A stretch of 42,212 nucleotides of DNA. It comes from Mailhella massiliensis (GTDB taxonomy: Bacteria > Desulfobacterota > Desulfovibrionia > Desulfovibrionales > Desulfovibrionaceae). The notes under the pieces were generated by a model that was not told the DNA's origin, did no database searches, and saw only the letters and a list, made by a program, of their open reading frames with translations. The position numbers and the translations under genes are program-made. The stretch lies in contig NZ_DYZA01000200.1 in the NCBI RefSeq assembly GCF_020741395.1, positions 1 through 42,212 of the forward strand. The letters are read 5' to 3'. Positions 10,248 to 19,262 of this stretch are shown piece after piece (within the stretch, counting starts at the first letter, position 1; each line of letters opens with the position of its first letter).

Positions 10248-11063
10248 TTATACCCAGGTCAGGGCAGGAGGCTTTCTCCACGGGATGCGCACATAACGTA
10301 TCGCCGGATACCCGGCCAGAAAGGCGGCATACACCATCTTTCCTTCCGGAATGCCGAGGAATTGCCTGAGCTCGGGAACGGCGGGCGCTCCGCGTACGAT
10401 GAGGCCGGACCAGCATGTACCTATGCCCATGGTGTGCAGCACGAGCTCAAGGTAGGACGCTGCGCCGGCGCATGCCTGGGGGGACATGTACGCGGGGGCT
10501 TCAAAATCGCCCCAGCGGGAAGGCAGTTCATCGGCATAAACGGTAAGCAGCAGGGGAGCTCCCCGAAGTATGGTATCCCTGCCGTGGCGGTAATTGTCGA
10601 CATGCTTTTTCCAGCGGGGGAAGGCCTCCATCCACTCTGCCAGCAGCTCGCGTACCCGCGCAATAGCATCCGGGGAATCCACAAAACTGTACCCTACGTC
10701 CCGCCTGTTGGCTCCCGTGGGGGCATAGTTCGCTATGTGAAGCGCCTTTTCCACCTGCCCCCTGTCCACCGGCCTGTTTCTGAAGTGGCGTATGGAACGC
10801 CGCGACATGAAAAGCCGGGCCGCCTGCTCTTCGGGAATATTCAGAGCGGCAGGCTCCATGGCTTCCGGGTCCATGTCGTGCAGGCGTATGGCGGCGGCAG
10901 GGCATACCGCCACGCAGTGCCCGCACTGGATGCACTTCGCTTCCTCATCCGTCTTCCATACGGCCTTTTTATCTTCTCCCATCCTGAAAAGGTCGATGGA
11001 GCAGGCTTTCAGGCAAAGCCCGTCGCCCAGGCATTTTTCCGTATCTATGTGTATAAGAGGCAT
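10248..11063 (-). CDS. Nitroreductase-family protein with N-terminal ferredoxin domain
   Basis: CLGDGLCLKAC and CIQCGHCVAVCP Fe-S motifs; RRSIRHF, APTGAN, GIGTCWSG, AGYP nitroreductase motifs. Confidence 0.92.
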   Translation of the reverse strand: MPLIHIDTEKCLGDGLCLKACSIDLFRMGEDKKAVWKTDEEAKCIQCGHCVAVCPAAAIRLHDMDPEAMEPAALNIPEEQAARLFMSRRSIRHFRNRPVDRGQVEKALHIANYAPTGANRRDVGYSFVDSPDAIARVRELLAEWMEAFPRWKKHVDNYRHGRDTILRGAPLLLTVYADELPSRWGDFEAPAYMSPQACAGAASYLELVLHTMGIGTCWSGLIVRGAPAVPELRQFLGIPEGKMVYAAFLAGYPAIRYVRIPWRKPPALTWV

Positions 11064-11080
11064 AGGGAACTCCGGCAGGA

Positions 11081-12496
11081 TTAAAGAACGTCGATAAGCT
11101 TCCAGTAAGGCATCAGCACGGCCACCACGAAGATGGGCATGATGATGAACATGCGCAGGGCGAGAGCGGGAATGACATGGCGGAGCGTGATGTAGCCCGT
11201 CATGAAGATATACAGGAAGAAGCCGATTTCATAGGGGAAGATGTACTGATCCAGCCCGTAACTGAACGTGTACAGCATGGCCTGCGGGGAAACGCCGAGA
11301 TCGACGGCAAGCTGCGCCATGGGCTGGCACAGCGCGGACATGGCGGCCATGGGCGTAAGGATGAAGTTCACCGCAACGCCCGTGAAGTAGCTGGAAATCA
11401 GTGCCATAGTCTCGCCCTGGCCTTCCAGAAGGGGCAGAAGTATGCCGGCCAGAGCCTTATCAATGCCTATGTTCTGGGCCACGATGCCGATGGAGATGCA
11501 GGCCGTGAGGAAAATGACGAAAGGCATGTCCAGCCTGCGAAGATCCGCCGCCGTCATCAGATTCACGCCGGGCAAAAAGTACACCATGGCAAGCAGCGCG
11601 AACACAAAGCCGCCGTCAAGCTTGGCCATGGGCGCAAGAAGGAATCCGGCCATGGCGATAACCAGGACGCCGAGCCCCTTGACTTCATCTCGGGAAACGC
11701 TGCCCATGGCGGCAAGGCGTTCGGTGAGCATCTGGCGCATCTGCCCGCGGTCGCGCAGGCGTTCCTTGCCCCGGATCATGAATATAAGCGCATAGGCTAT
11801 GGCCGCGTAGACGACGCAGCCGAAGGCCTGATGATACATCCACTGCCCGTAGTTCACAGGCTCCTGTCCGCTGGCCACGGCCGCCGCATTGGCGCCCACG
11901 AGCTGGAGGAGCATGCTGGTCATGAAGGCGGGGGAGGTGGCCGCCGTGGCAAACAGGCCCGCCATGATGATGGAAGAGGACATGCGCGACTTGGGATCCA
12001 CCCCGAGGGCGTCTACCATCCCCATGCCGAGAGCCGTAAAGATGATCAGACGGCCCTGGCTTGCAGGCATGATGGAGGAAAGCACAAAGCCCGCGAGAAG
12101 AAAGCCGAGCATGGCGCAGGCGTAGGAAGACCCCGTCCAGAGCATGATTTTAATGGCGATTCTCTTGGCCGCCCCCGTGCGGTGCAGAACATCGGCGATG
12201 ATCAGGCCCGCAAAGGCTATCCACGGCAGGAAGGTACCGAAGGAACTGAACACCACGCCGGGTTTGGTGACGAACACGCTGTACAGAAACACCATGATGA
12301 TTGCGGACACCGACGAAGGCATGGTTTCCAGCGCCCACGACATGACGGCCCATACCGTGATTGCAAGGAACAGGGGAATTTTCGGGTTCATGCCTTCGGA
12401 CACGGGAATACAGAAATACACCAGCACCGGGACAAGAATGGACGCCGCCCATTTTATGGCGTCGGAACGTGAGAAGCCTGCTGAAACGGTAGACAT
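11081..12496 (-). CDS. SLC13/DASS-family (di/tricarboxylate or anion) transporter
   Basis: Many TM helices; LAITVWAVMSWALE and HRTGAAKRIA typical of DASS/IT carriers; start moved to ATG 12496. Confidence 0.75.
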   Translation of the reverse strand: MSTVSAGFSRSDAIKWAASILVPVLVYFCIPVSEGMNPKIPLFLAITVWAVMSWALETMPSSVSAIIMVFLYSVFVTKPGVVFSSFGTFLPWIAFAGLIIADVLHRTGAAKRIAIKIMLWTGSSYACAMLGFLLAGFVLSSIMPASQGRLIIFTALGMGMVDALGVDPKSRMSSSIIMAGLFATAATSPAFMTSMLLQLVGANAAAVASGQEPVNYGQWMYHQAFGCVVYAAIAYALIFMIRGKERLRDRGQMRQMLTERLAAMGSVSRDEVKGLGVLVIAMAGFLLAPMAKLDGGFVFALLAMVYFLPGVNLMTAADLRRLDMPFVIFLTACISIGIVAQNIGIDKALAGILLPLLEGQGETMALISSYFTGVAVNFILTPMAAMSALCQPMAQLAVDLGVSPQAMLYTFSYGLDQYIFPYEIGFFLYIFMTGYITLRHVIPALALRMFIIMPIFVVAVLMPYWKLIDVL

Positions 12497-12697
12497 AGGA
12501 AACCCCACTGTAGTGAATGAAGGGAAAAGCCGCCTCAGGCTTCCGGGGGCACAGGCACCCGGAAGGGCGGAATATTTCCACAATGATGACGAGACGGCCT
12601 TCCGGCTTGTTGCATCTTCTTCAGGAAAATGCGGACTCCTGAAAACAGTCGCGCTTCACACGCGGCCGCCTCCGGCGAAAGGCTCCCCGTAAGAAAC

Positions 12698-14059
12698 TCA
12701 GACCTGAAGATCGTCCATGATTTCCTGAACCGGACGGTTTTCAAAATCCTTGATATCTTCGATGATCTTCTGCTGCCTGTCGTAGTAGAAGGGCGTGACG
12801 GCATGTTCGCAGCAGTGCCGGAACTTCCTTTCCACCTCTTCCGCCGTCAACATGTTGGTCGAATGGCCCTTCAGTACATGGCAGGTCTTGCTGAGCACTC
12901 TTCCGTCATCCAGAATGATCTGCACGGTCTGAGGCATTTTCAGCTTAGGCGCGGCATGTTCGTCCATGACTACCCGCGTCTTCTTTGCAAGGGCCACGAT
13001 ATCGGGATCATACAGGCGTTCTTCCGTGAAGTCGTCAAGGTCGATGAATCCGCGATGGAAGGCCACCGACGTGCAGTAGGCGCCGCTCAGAATGGCCTCC
13101 ACCACGGCATGGCCGGAAATGGCCTCATACGGCTTGCTCGATACGCGGAACGGCGCGTCCGGCATGGTGATCACCACCTCGGCAATGTGTTTCGGATCCA
13201 CGCCTTCGCGATAGAACTCGCATGCCGCGTCCACGGCGGCGTGCACGTCGCGTGCGCAGGGATACTGTTTGACGCCAATGCTCTTCACTTCCCAGCGGCT
13301 GCCCAGGTCCTTGAAAATCTGAGAGCGGTCGAAGCAGCCGCGTTCATACAGATTCATGTAGCCGAAGCGCCCTTCCAGCACGCCCTTCGCGCCGGTGATC
13401 CCCTTCTGCGCGAGCTGGCAGGAAAGAATGCCCGCATGCACGCCGAAGGCGGGATGCATGCGCTTGACCAGCGCCCCGTCAATATTGGACTGCAAGGTCG
13501 TGGACACCTGCGCATAGGCGATGCCCAGAGCATCCACAAACTGGGGGAAGCTCAGGCCCAGCATCTTTGCGGCTGCCACGGTAGCGCCGAAAAAGCCCAG
13601 AGTGCCCGTGCGCACAAAGGCTATGCTGGAGGTGATGCCCATGCCTATACGGCACTGTACCTCAAGAGCCAGAAGCAGGGCTTCCAGGATATCCTTCCCG
13701 GTTTTCCCGCCCATATATTCCGCCATGGCCAGCGCGGGCGGCAGACAGGAACAGTGGGCGTGACAGCACGCTTCATCGTGGTTGTCGTCGAAGTCCAGCG
13801 CCTGTATCAGCGTGGCATTGGCCATGGCCGCATGCTTGGCAAGAACCTTGCCTCCGAACACAAGGAAAGAACTCTGGGGCCTGCCTCCGTATTCCCGCAT
13901 GAGCTCGACTACTTCCCGGCAACCGGGAGCATTGGAGCCCGCAAGGGCTACGCCCAGAGTATCCAAAAGCAGAAGTTTCTCATGATCCACAACGTCCTGC
14001 GGAATATCTTCCAGCTTCATTTCATACGCAAACTGTGCAAGTTCCTGCATAGCATCCAT
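12698..14059 (-). CDS. MmgE/PrpD-family protein
   Basis: LLDTLGVALAG, ANATLIQALDFDDNH, KRMHPA, GITG..LEGRFG, KQYPCARDVH; start moved to ATG 14059 after GGAGA. Confidence 0.9.
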   Translation of the reverse strand: MDAMQELAQFAYEMKLEDIPQDVVDHEKLLLLDTLGVALAGSNAPGCREVVELMREYGGRPQSSFLVFGGKVLAKHAAMANATLIQALDFDDNHDEACCHAHCSCLPPALAMAEYMGGKTGKDILEALLLALEVQCRIGMGITSSIAFVRTGTLGFFGATVAAAKMLGLSFPQFVDALGIAYAQVSTTLQSNIDGALVKRMHPAFGVHAGILSCQLAQKGITGAKGVLEGRFGYMNLYERGCFDRSQIFKDLGSRWEVKSIGVKQYPCARDVHAAVDAACEFYREGVDPKHIAEVVITMPDAPFRVSSKPYEAISGHAVVEAILSGAYCTSVAFHRGFIDLDDFTEERLYDPDIVALAKKTRVVMDEHAAPKLKMPQTVQIILDDGRVLSKTCHVLKGHSTNMLTAEEVERKFRHCCEHAVTPFYYDRQQKIIEDIKDFENRPVQEIMDDLQV

Positions 14060-14121
14060 AGACTTTCTCCCTCTCTCCGGTTGCATACTCTTCCACGCCG
14101 GACGGGCGCGAAAACGAAGCA

Positions 14122-15513
14122 TTACTTTCTTCCGACATAACGCCCGGCGCCGGGGGCGACGCAGATCTCGCCGTGATCCATGACCACGTTTCCCCGGCAG
14201 ATAGTCATGACGGGGCGGCCCTTCAGGCGCATGCCTTCATAGATGGAATAGTCGGACGCGCTGTTGAGCTCCGACGCTTTCACCGTGAACTCGCTTTCAA
14301 GATCCACCAGCGCAAAGTCCGCGTCGCAGCCTTCCGCTATGCGGCCCTTGTCCGTCAGGCCGAACACCCGCGCAGGATTCGTGCTCGTCACTTCCGCGAT
14401 GCGCTCCAGGGAAAGCCCGCGCTTGTGGTAGCCCTCGCTTATCATGAGCGGAAGAAGAAGGCCCACGCCGCCGAAACCGGGCTTCACCTTGCTCTGTTCC
14501 GTGCGACCCCCCTTCTTTTCAAAGCTGCTGTTGCAGTGATCCGTGCCTATGGAGCCGACCGTCCCCTCGCGTATGCCTTCCCACAGGCGCTCCGAATCCT
14601 CTCTGTAGCGTACCGGAGGGTTCACCTTGGCAAGAAGGCCGGCCTCGCTCTCCACCGTGGACGCCAGATAGTGAGGGCAGGTTTCCACCGTCACATAGCG
14701 CCGCGTCTCCTCGTCCTGAAGCAGGGGCGTGAGCATGTCCGCCGTCAGGCCCGCACTCGTGTGCACAAGGTAGGCCTTGGCCCGGAACTTCCGCGCGAGA
14801 AGCGCCGCTGCCAGCGCGGATACCGTTTCCGCATAGTCCGGGCTGCGCTTTTCGTACCAGCCCAGCGTGTCCTTGTCCGGCAGGGCGTCCCATTCACGAT
14901 GGAAAAGCGGGCTGCGGGAAATCTCCATGCTTTCGCAGTGCACGCACAGCGTGGCCGTGGGAAGTTCCGCTCCCATGCGCTGCAGCACATAGCCCATGTC
15001 CCCGTCGTCCAGCCGCAGGGCCTTTTCCTCCGGCACCTTGAACAGTTCAGGCACCTGATACATGTAATTGGTGTAGAACTTGAACGACGATATGCCGAAG
15101 CGCCTGTACAGCACCCCCATCTGCTCTATGTGGTCCGTGGACAGGATGCCGATGTGAAGCCCGAAATCCACCGCCACCTGCGCTTCCCCGCGCCGGATGA
15201 GGTCCTCCACCGTATCCGGGTAATCCTTGCCGTGGCGGAAATACGACAGCACCGTCGTCACGCCCCCCGTGGCCGCGCAGCGGCTTTCCGTCCGGCAGTC
15301 GTCGTCGTAGGGCATGTACACGCCGTAGTGCATGTGCGGCTCTATCGCCCCGGGAAGAACCACCAGGCCGCGCGCGTCTATCTCTCGGCGCGCCTCGGGC
15401 GCCCCGTGGTTGCCGATGAACACGATGCGCCCCTGTTCCACCCCTATGTCCACCGGCTGCATGCCCCTGCCGGGCAGGCAGGCCTGCCCTCCGCGTATGA
15501 GAAGATCAAGCAT
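14122..15513 (-). CDS. Cyclic amidohydrolase (dihydropyrimidinase/allantoinase/dihydroorotase family)
   Basis: LPGAIEPHMH, GGVTT, SFK (carbamylated Lys), VHCE, VHTS, ETCPHYL, KVNPP, GTDH. Confidence 0.9.
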   Translation of the reverse strand: MLDLLIRGGQACLPGRGMQPVDIGVEQGRIVFIGNHGAPEARREIDARGLVVLPGAIEPHMHYGVYMPYDDDCRTESRCAATGGVTTVLSYFRHGKDYPDTVEDLIRRGEAQVAVDFGLHIGILSTDHIEQMGVLYRRFGISSFKFYTNYMYQVPELFKVPEEKALRLDDGDMGYVLQRMGAELPTATLCVHCESMEISRSPLFHREWDALPDKDTLGWYEKRSPDYAETVSALAAALLARKFRAKAYLVHTSAGLTADMLTPLLQDEETRRYVTVETCPHYLASTVESEAGLLAKVNPPVRYREDSERLWEGIREGTVGSIGTDHCNSSFEKKGGRTEQSKVKPGFGGVGLLLPLMISEGYHKRGLSLERIAEVTSTNPARVFGLTDKGRIAEGCDADFALVDLESEFTVKASELNSASDYSIYEGMRLKGRPVMTICRGNVVMDHGEICVAPGAGRYVGRK

Positions 15514-16201
15514 GGCCGCCCCCCAGGCCCTTCATGTAGGCCGATATTTCTTCGGAGTTCATCACGTCGCAGTATTTCATCCACATATCCAGAAGCCCCG
15601 CCGCATGGGAAATGCTGATGCGGTCGTATACGCAGTCCTCCACCACCGCCACGTTGAAGTTGCGCGTCACCGCGTCCACCGCCGAGGCACGAACGCAGCC
15701 GCTCGTGGAACCGCCCGTCAGGATCAGCGTGTCTATCTTCATCTTCACCAGCCAGGAAAGAAGCGGCGTCCCGTAGAAAATGCTGGCGTAGGCCTTGTCC
15801 AGCGTCAGGTCCCCGGGCTGCGGCGCAAGCTCGTCCACGATGAACGTCCCCCGGTGCCCTTCCACATACCGGCTCTGATCCCGCTGCGACTTGGCGCCGA
15901 AACTGTCGAAAGCCAGGTTCTTCTGCACATTCCTGGTCAGAAGCACCGGAATCCCCGCTTCCCTTGCCTGCTTCAGAAGCGGCTGTATGCGCCGTATGGC
16001 CGCCCATGCCGCAGCCCCGCCGCCGGAAGGCCACTCGGCGAGCTGCTCCCCTACGGGCCTGTCCTCGCCCACATAGTTGTACTGGGCGTCGATCACCACC
16101 AGCATGGGCCTGGTTCCCAGCCCCCTGCTCTTGCCGTAGCCGCCTTTCTCAATGACCAGTTTGTCGTCCCCGGTCAGATACGGAGTCCAGACTCTTTCCA
16201 T
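15506..16201 (-). CDS. Isochorismatase-family cysteine hydrolase (N-carbamoylsarcosine/maleamate amidase-like)
   Basis: Asp-Lys-Cys triad: VIDAQY, DKAYASIF, GGSTSGCVRASAVDA; AAGGAGG RBS. Confidence 0.9.
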   Translation of the reverse strand: MERVWTPYLTGDDKLVIEKGGYGKSRGLGTRPMLVVIDAQYNYVGEDRPVGEQLAEWPSGGGAAAWAAIRRIQPLLKQAREAGIPVLLTRNVQKNLAFDSFGAKSQRDQSRYVEGHRGTFIVDELAPQPGDLTLDKAYASIFYGTPLLSWLVKMKIDTLILTGGSTSGCVRASAVDAVTRNFNVAVVEDCVYDRISISHAAGLLDMWMKYCDVMNSEEISAYMKGLGGGHA

Positions 16202-16214
16202 ACTCGGCCCTCCT

Positions 16215-16272
16215 TATTATTTTATGATAATATATTTCTTATTGTATGAGAAATAAAAATCATAAAATAATA
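16215..16272. promoter_or_regulatory. AT-rich nested palindrome, candidate operator of the catabolic operon
   Basis: TATTATTTTATGAT (16215-16228) / ATCATAAAATAATA (16259-16272) perfect 14-bp arms, with inner TATTTCTTA/TGAGAAATA repeat. Confidence 0.6.
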
Positions 16273-16290
16273 TTCTTTTGTTTTATAAAC

Positions 16291-16319
16291 ATAGTGTCCG
16301 TTCTGCTTTCTCTTGTCAA
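16291..16319 (-). promoter_or_regulatory. Putative sigma70 promoter of the catabolic operon
   Basis: Minus strand TTGACA-N17-CACTAT. Confidence 0.5.
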
Positions 16320-16671
16320 GGCCCCCGCCGGATTTTTCTTCCGCGCAATGAAAAGGCACGTGACGCCCGGCACGGCATCCCTGCCTGTGCATAGGCGCAT
16401 CCTCCGCTCCAATGGGCTTTGAAGAAAGGCATGTCCCGCCCGTCTCCCGGATAGCGTGCTTTCTCCGTAAAAAAACACCTTTTCAATGGCGACCGGGAGC
16501 CTGAGCTGCCCGCCTTATCGAAAAAATGCCTTTCGTCGATGAATGGGCCGTGTTCTGTCCGCGCGTGGAGGCATCCGCGGTCTCGGCAGCTTCCGCTCCA
16601 TCCACGGATTGAAAGCTTTTCCCTTATCCCCGCACATGCGCGTCTTTCCTTTGCCCTGCCCCGCACAGGAC

Positions 16672-16706
16672 AAAAAAACGCGCCGAATTTCTTCAGCGCG
16701 CTTTTT
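16672..16706 (-). terminator. Intrinsic terminator downstream of the nhaC-family gene
   Basis: Minus strand GCGCGCTGAA-GAAA-TTCGGCGCGT-TTTTTT. Confidence 0.7.
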
Positions 16707-16741
16707 ACAGCACCGGCCGGGAAAATCCCGGCAGGTTCACG

Positions 16742-18160
16742 TCATGCCTTGTTTTTCGCGGCCCTGCGCACAGGGGAGCCGTCCATGCGCCAGATGCCGA
16801 AGCCGGTGACGGCGCAGATCAGGGAGAAGATGGGCACGAACCAGTTGAAGAAGGCGTAGGGCACGAAATCGTAGGCGCTCACGCCGAGTACGCCCGCAAT
16901 GTAGAAGGCGTGCACGCTCCACGGCACGAGCGGGCAGCCGATGGTGCCCGCGTCCTCACAGGTGCGGGAAAGCACCAGGGGGCTGATATCGGCGTTCTTG
17001 AAGGAATCGAGGAAGGCGCGGCCGGGAACGATGACGGCCAGCATCTGGCTGCCGGTACCGAAGTTGATGAGATACGCGGCGGCCAGGGCGGAGGCCACGA
17101 GGCGCAGGGCGGACTTCGCGCCCTTCAGTATGGCTTCGAGCAGCACTTCAAGCACGCGGGAGCGCTCCAGGATGCCGCCGAAGGCCATGCCGGAACAGAG
17201 CAGCAGCACGGTGGGCATGATGCTCATGAGCCCGCCGCGGGAGAGCAGCGGGTCAAGGTCGGCTATGCCCGTCTTGGACACATAGCCCGAGGTCAGCATG
17301 GTGGCCAGCTTATTGAAGGGCACGCCCTCGGCCACGGCTATGACCATGGCCGCAAGCAGGCACACGAGCATGACGGGAAGCACGGGGTAGCGGCGGTAGG
17401 CCAGCACTATCATGAGCACGGGGGGGATGAAGGCCACCGGGCCGAGGCTGAAGTTGGCCTCAAGGCCGGAGAGAATGGCGTTCAGGCTTTCCAGGGAAGC
17501 GCTCTGCTGCGCCGCCACGGAACTGCCCAGGAAGGTGTAGGCCACGCCCGCCACGATGAAGGCGGGGATGGTGGTCCAGAGCATGGACATGACGTGGGAG
17601 AAAAGCGGCACTTCGCACACCGAGGCGGTGATGTTGGTGGAATCCGACACCGGGGACATTTTGTCGCCGAGGTACGCGCCGGAAACGATGGCGCCCACCG
17701 TCATGTACACGGGGTAATCCAGCGCCTGCCCCACGCCGAGAAGCGCCACGCCTATGGTCCCCATGGTGCCGAAGGAAGTGCCCGTGGCCACCGAGGCCAC
17801 GGAGCAGAGCACCATGGCCGAGAGCAGGAAGTGCTCGGGAGCTATGAGTTTGAGGCCCCAGTAGATGATTGCGGGGATGGTGCCCGAAGCAAGCCAGGCC
17901 GCGATGATCATGCCCACCATGGCCAGAATGGCTATTGCTATCTGTATGCGGCCGAGGGCCTCGAACATGCCGTCCTGAAGGTCTTCCCAGGTGTAGCCCG
18001 TCTTCATGGCCATGAAGGAAGCCAGGGCCACGGCTCCGAGCAGCGGCAGCACGGGGGGCCGCACGCCCACCACGAGCGTGCCGTACAGGATCATGGCCAC
18101 AGGCAGCACCAGTGAAAGTGTCGCCCACAAAAGCGATGGTTTCTTTCCTTGCGTCTCCAT
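16742..18160 (-). CDS. NhaC-family transporter (Na+/H+ antiporter or MleN-like solute exchanger)
   Basis: GTSFGT, SGAYLGDKMSPVSDSTN, LSRTCEDAGT, PLVPW; start moved to ATG 18160 after AAGGA. Confidence 0.88.
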   Translation of the reverse strand: METQGKKPSLLWATLSLVLPVAMILYGTLVVGVRPPVLPLLGAVALASFMAMKTGYTWEDLQDGMFEALGRIQIAIAILAMVGMIIAAWLASGTIPAIIYWGLKLIAPEHFLLSAMVLCSVASVATGTSFGTMGTIGVALLGVGQALDYPVYMTVGAIVSGAYLGDKMSPVSDSTNITASVCEVPLFSHVMSMLWTTIPAFIVAGVAYTFLGSSVAAQQSASLESLNAILSGLEANFSLGPVAFIPPVLMIVLAYRRYPVLPVMLVCLLAAMVIAVAEGVPFNKLATMLTSGYVSKTGIADLDPLLSRGGLMSIMPTVLLLCSGMAFGGILERSRVLEVLLEAILKGAKSALRLVASALAAAYLINFGTGSQMLAVIVPGRAFLDSFKNADISPLVLSRTCEDAGTIGCPLVPWSVHAFYIAGVLGVSAYDFVPYAFFNWFVPIFSLICAVTGFGIWRMDGSPVRRAAKNKA

Positions 18161-18251
18161 CTGCATTCCTTGCGGTAAAGGTTTTTCCCTACCCTCTCCT
18201 CTGTGAGGGTTCCCTCTATGCCCTGGCGAAACGCGCGCGGCGCCCCGCCTT

Positions 18252-19238
18252 TTATGCGGAAACCTCAAGCCGCGTGGGGCGGCCCGCCTTCATGTCCAGA
18301 AGGCTTTCGATGCCGCAGTCCACCATGCTTATGATGGACTCCTCCGTATAGAAGGCCATGTGCTGGGTCAGCACCACGTTGGGGAACTGGCGCAGGTACA
18401 CCATGTCCTTGTTCCTGAGTATGTCGGTCTTCCTGTCGGCATGATAGATGCCCTGCTCGTTCTCGAATACGTCCATGGCCAGGGAGCCTATCTTTTCCGT
18501 CTCTATGCCCTCAGTCACGGCGTCGATATCCATGAGCTCGCCCCGGGCGGTATTGATGAGAATGACGCCGTCCTTCATGCGGGAGAGGCTTTCACGGTTC
18601 ACCATGCGCCGTGTTTCGGCAGTAGCGGGCACATGGAAGGTGATGATATCACATTCCCTGTAGATGGTCTCAAGATCCACGAAGGTCGCCCAGGGGCGCA
18701 GATCCTCACATTCCACAAGATTGTAGGCCAGGATGCGGCATCCGAACCCGGCAAGGGCGCGTATCACGGCGGCCCCTATGCTGCCCGTGCCCACCACGCC
18801 CACGGTCTGGCGGCGGAGGCTGCGGCCCATGAGCCCGTAGAGGGAGTAGTCGTTCACCTGCTGCCGCCACATGGCGGGCTTGTAGCGGCGCAGCACCATG
18901 AGGATGAGCATGAGGGTGAAGTCGGCCACGGCGTCCGGCGGGTAGGCGGCGTGGCTCACGCGAAGACCCAGCTCCTTCGCGGCGGCGAGGTCGATATGGT
19001 CCACGCCTATGGTACGGGTGGACACAAAGCCTATGCCCATGGCCTTGAGCGCTCCGAGCAGCTCCCGGTCAAGGCGGCTGCGGCCGAGCGTGGACACGGC
19101 TTCGCAGCCCTCGGCACGGAAAAGAGTGTCCATGGAAAGGTTGCCTTCCACCAGGCGGAGGTTCACGTCGAGAGTGCGGGAAAGGCGGTCGAATTCCGCC
19201 CTTTCGTCGCTGCTGACTTCAAACACGGCGATGTTCAT
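18252..19238 (-). CDS. D-isomer-specific 2-hydroxyacid dehydrogenase (D-lactate dehydrogenase/VanH-like)
   Basis: GVVGTGSIG Rossmann motif; catalytic INTARG, DVFENE, QHMAFYT. Confidence 0.9.
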   Translation of the reverse strand: MNIAVFEVSSDERAEFDRLSRTLDVNLRLVEGNLSMDTLFRAEGCEAVSTLGRSRLDRELLGALKAMGIGFVSTRTIGVDHIDLAAAKELGLRVSHAAYPPDAVADFTLMLILMVLRRYKPAMWRQQVNDYSLYGLMGRSLRRQTVGVVGTGSIGAAVIRALAGFGCRILAYNLVECEDLRPWATFVDLETIYRECDIITFHVPATAETRRMVNRESLSRMKDGVILINTARGELMDIDAVTEGIETEKIGSLAMDVFENEQGIYHADRKTDILRNKDMVYLRQFPNVVLTQHMAFYTEESIISMVDCGIESLLDMKAGRPTRLEVSA

Positions 19239-19262
19239 GGCTGTTCTCCGGTAGGGACGCGG

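Noticed and set aside
12629..15618. Long plus-strand ORFs (503 aa, 481 aa) opposite prpD and the amidohydrolase
   Set aside because: Antisense shadows of clearly identifiable minus-strand genes.
18161..18251. Possible lysine/SAM riboswitch before the nhaC-family gene
   Set aside because: Only 91 bp, and no recognisable aptamer core motifs.
18252..19238. VanH-like dehydrogenase as a glycopeptide-resistance gene
   Set aside because: No D-Ala-D-Lac ligase, vanX or vanRS nearby; a metabolic role is more parsimonious.
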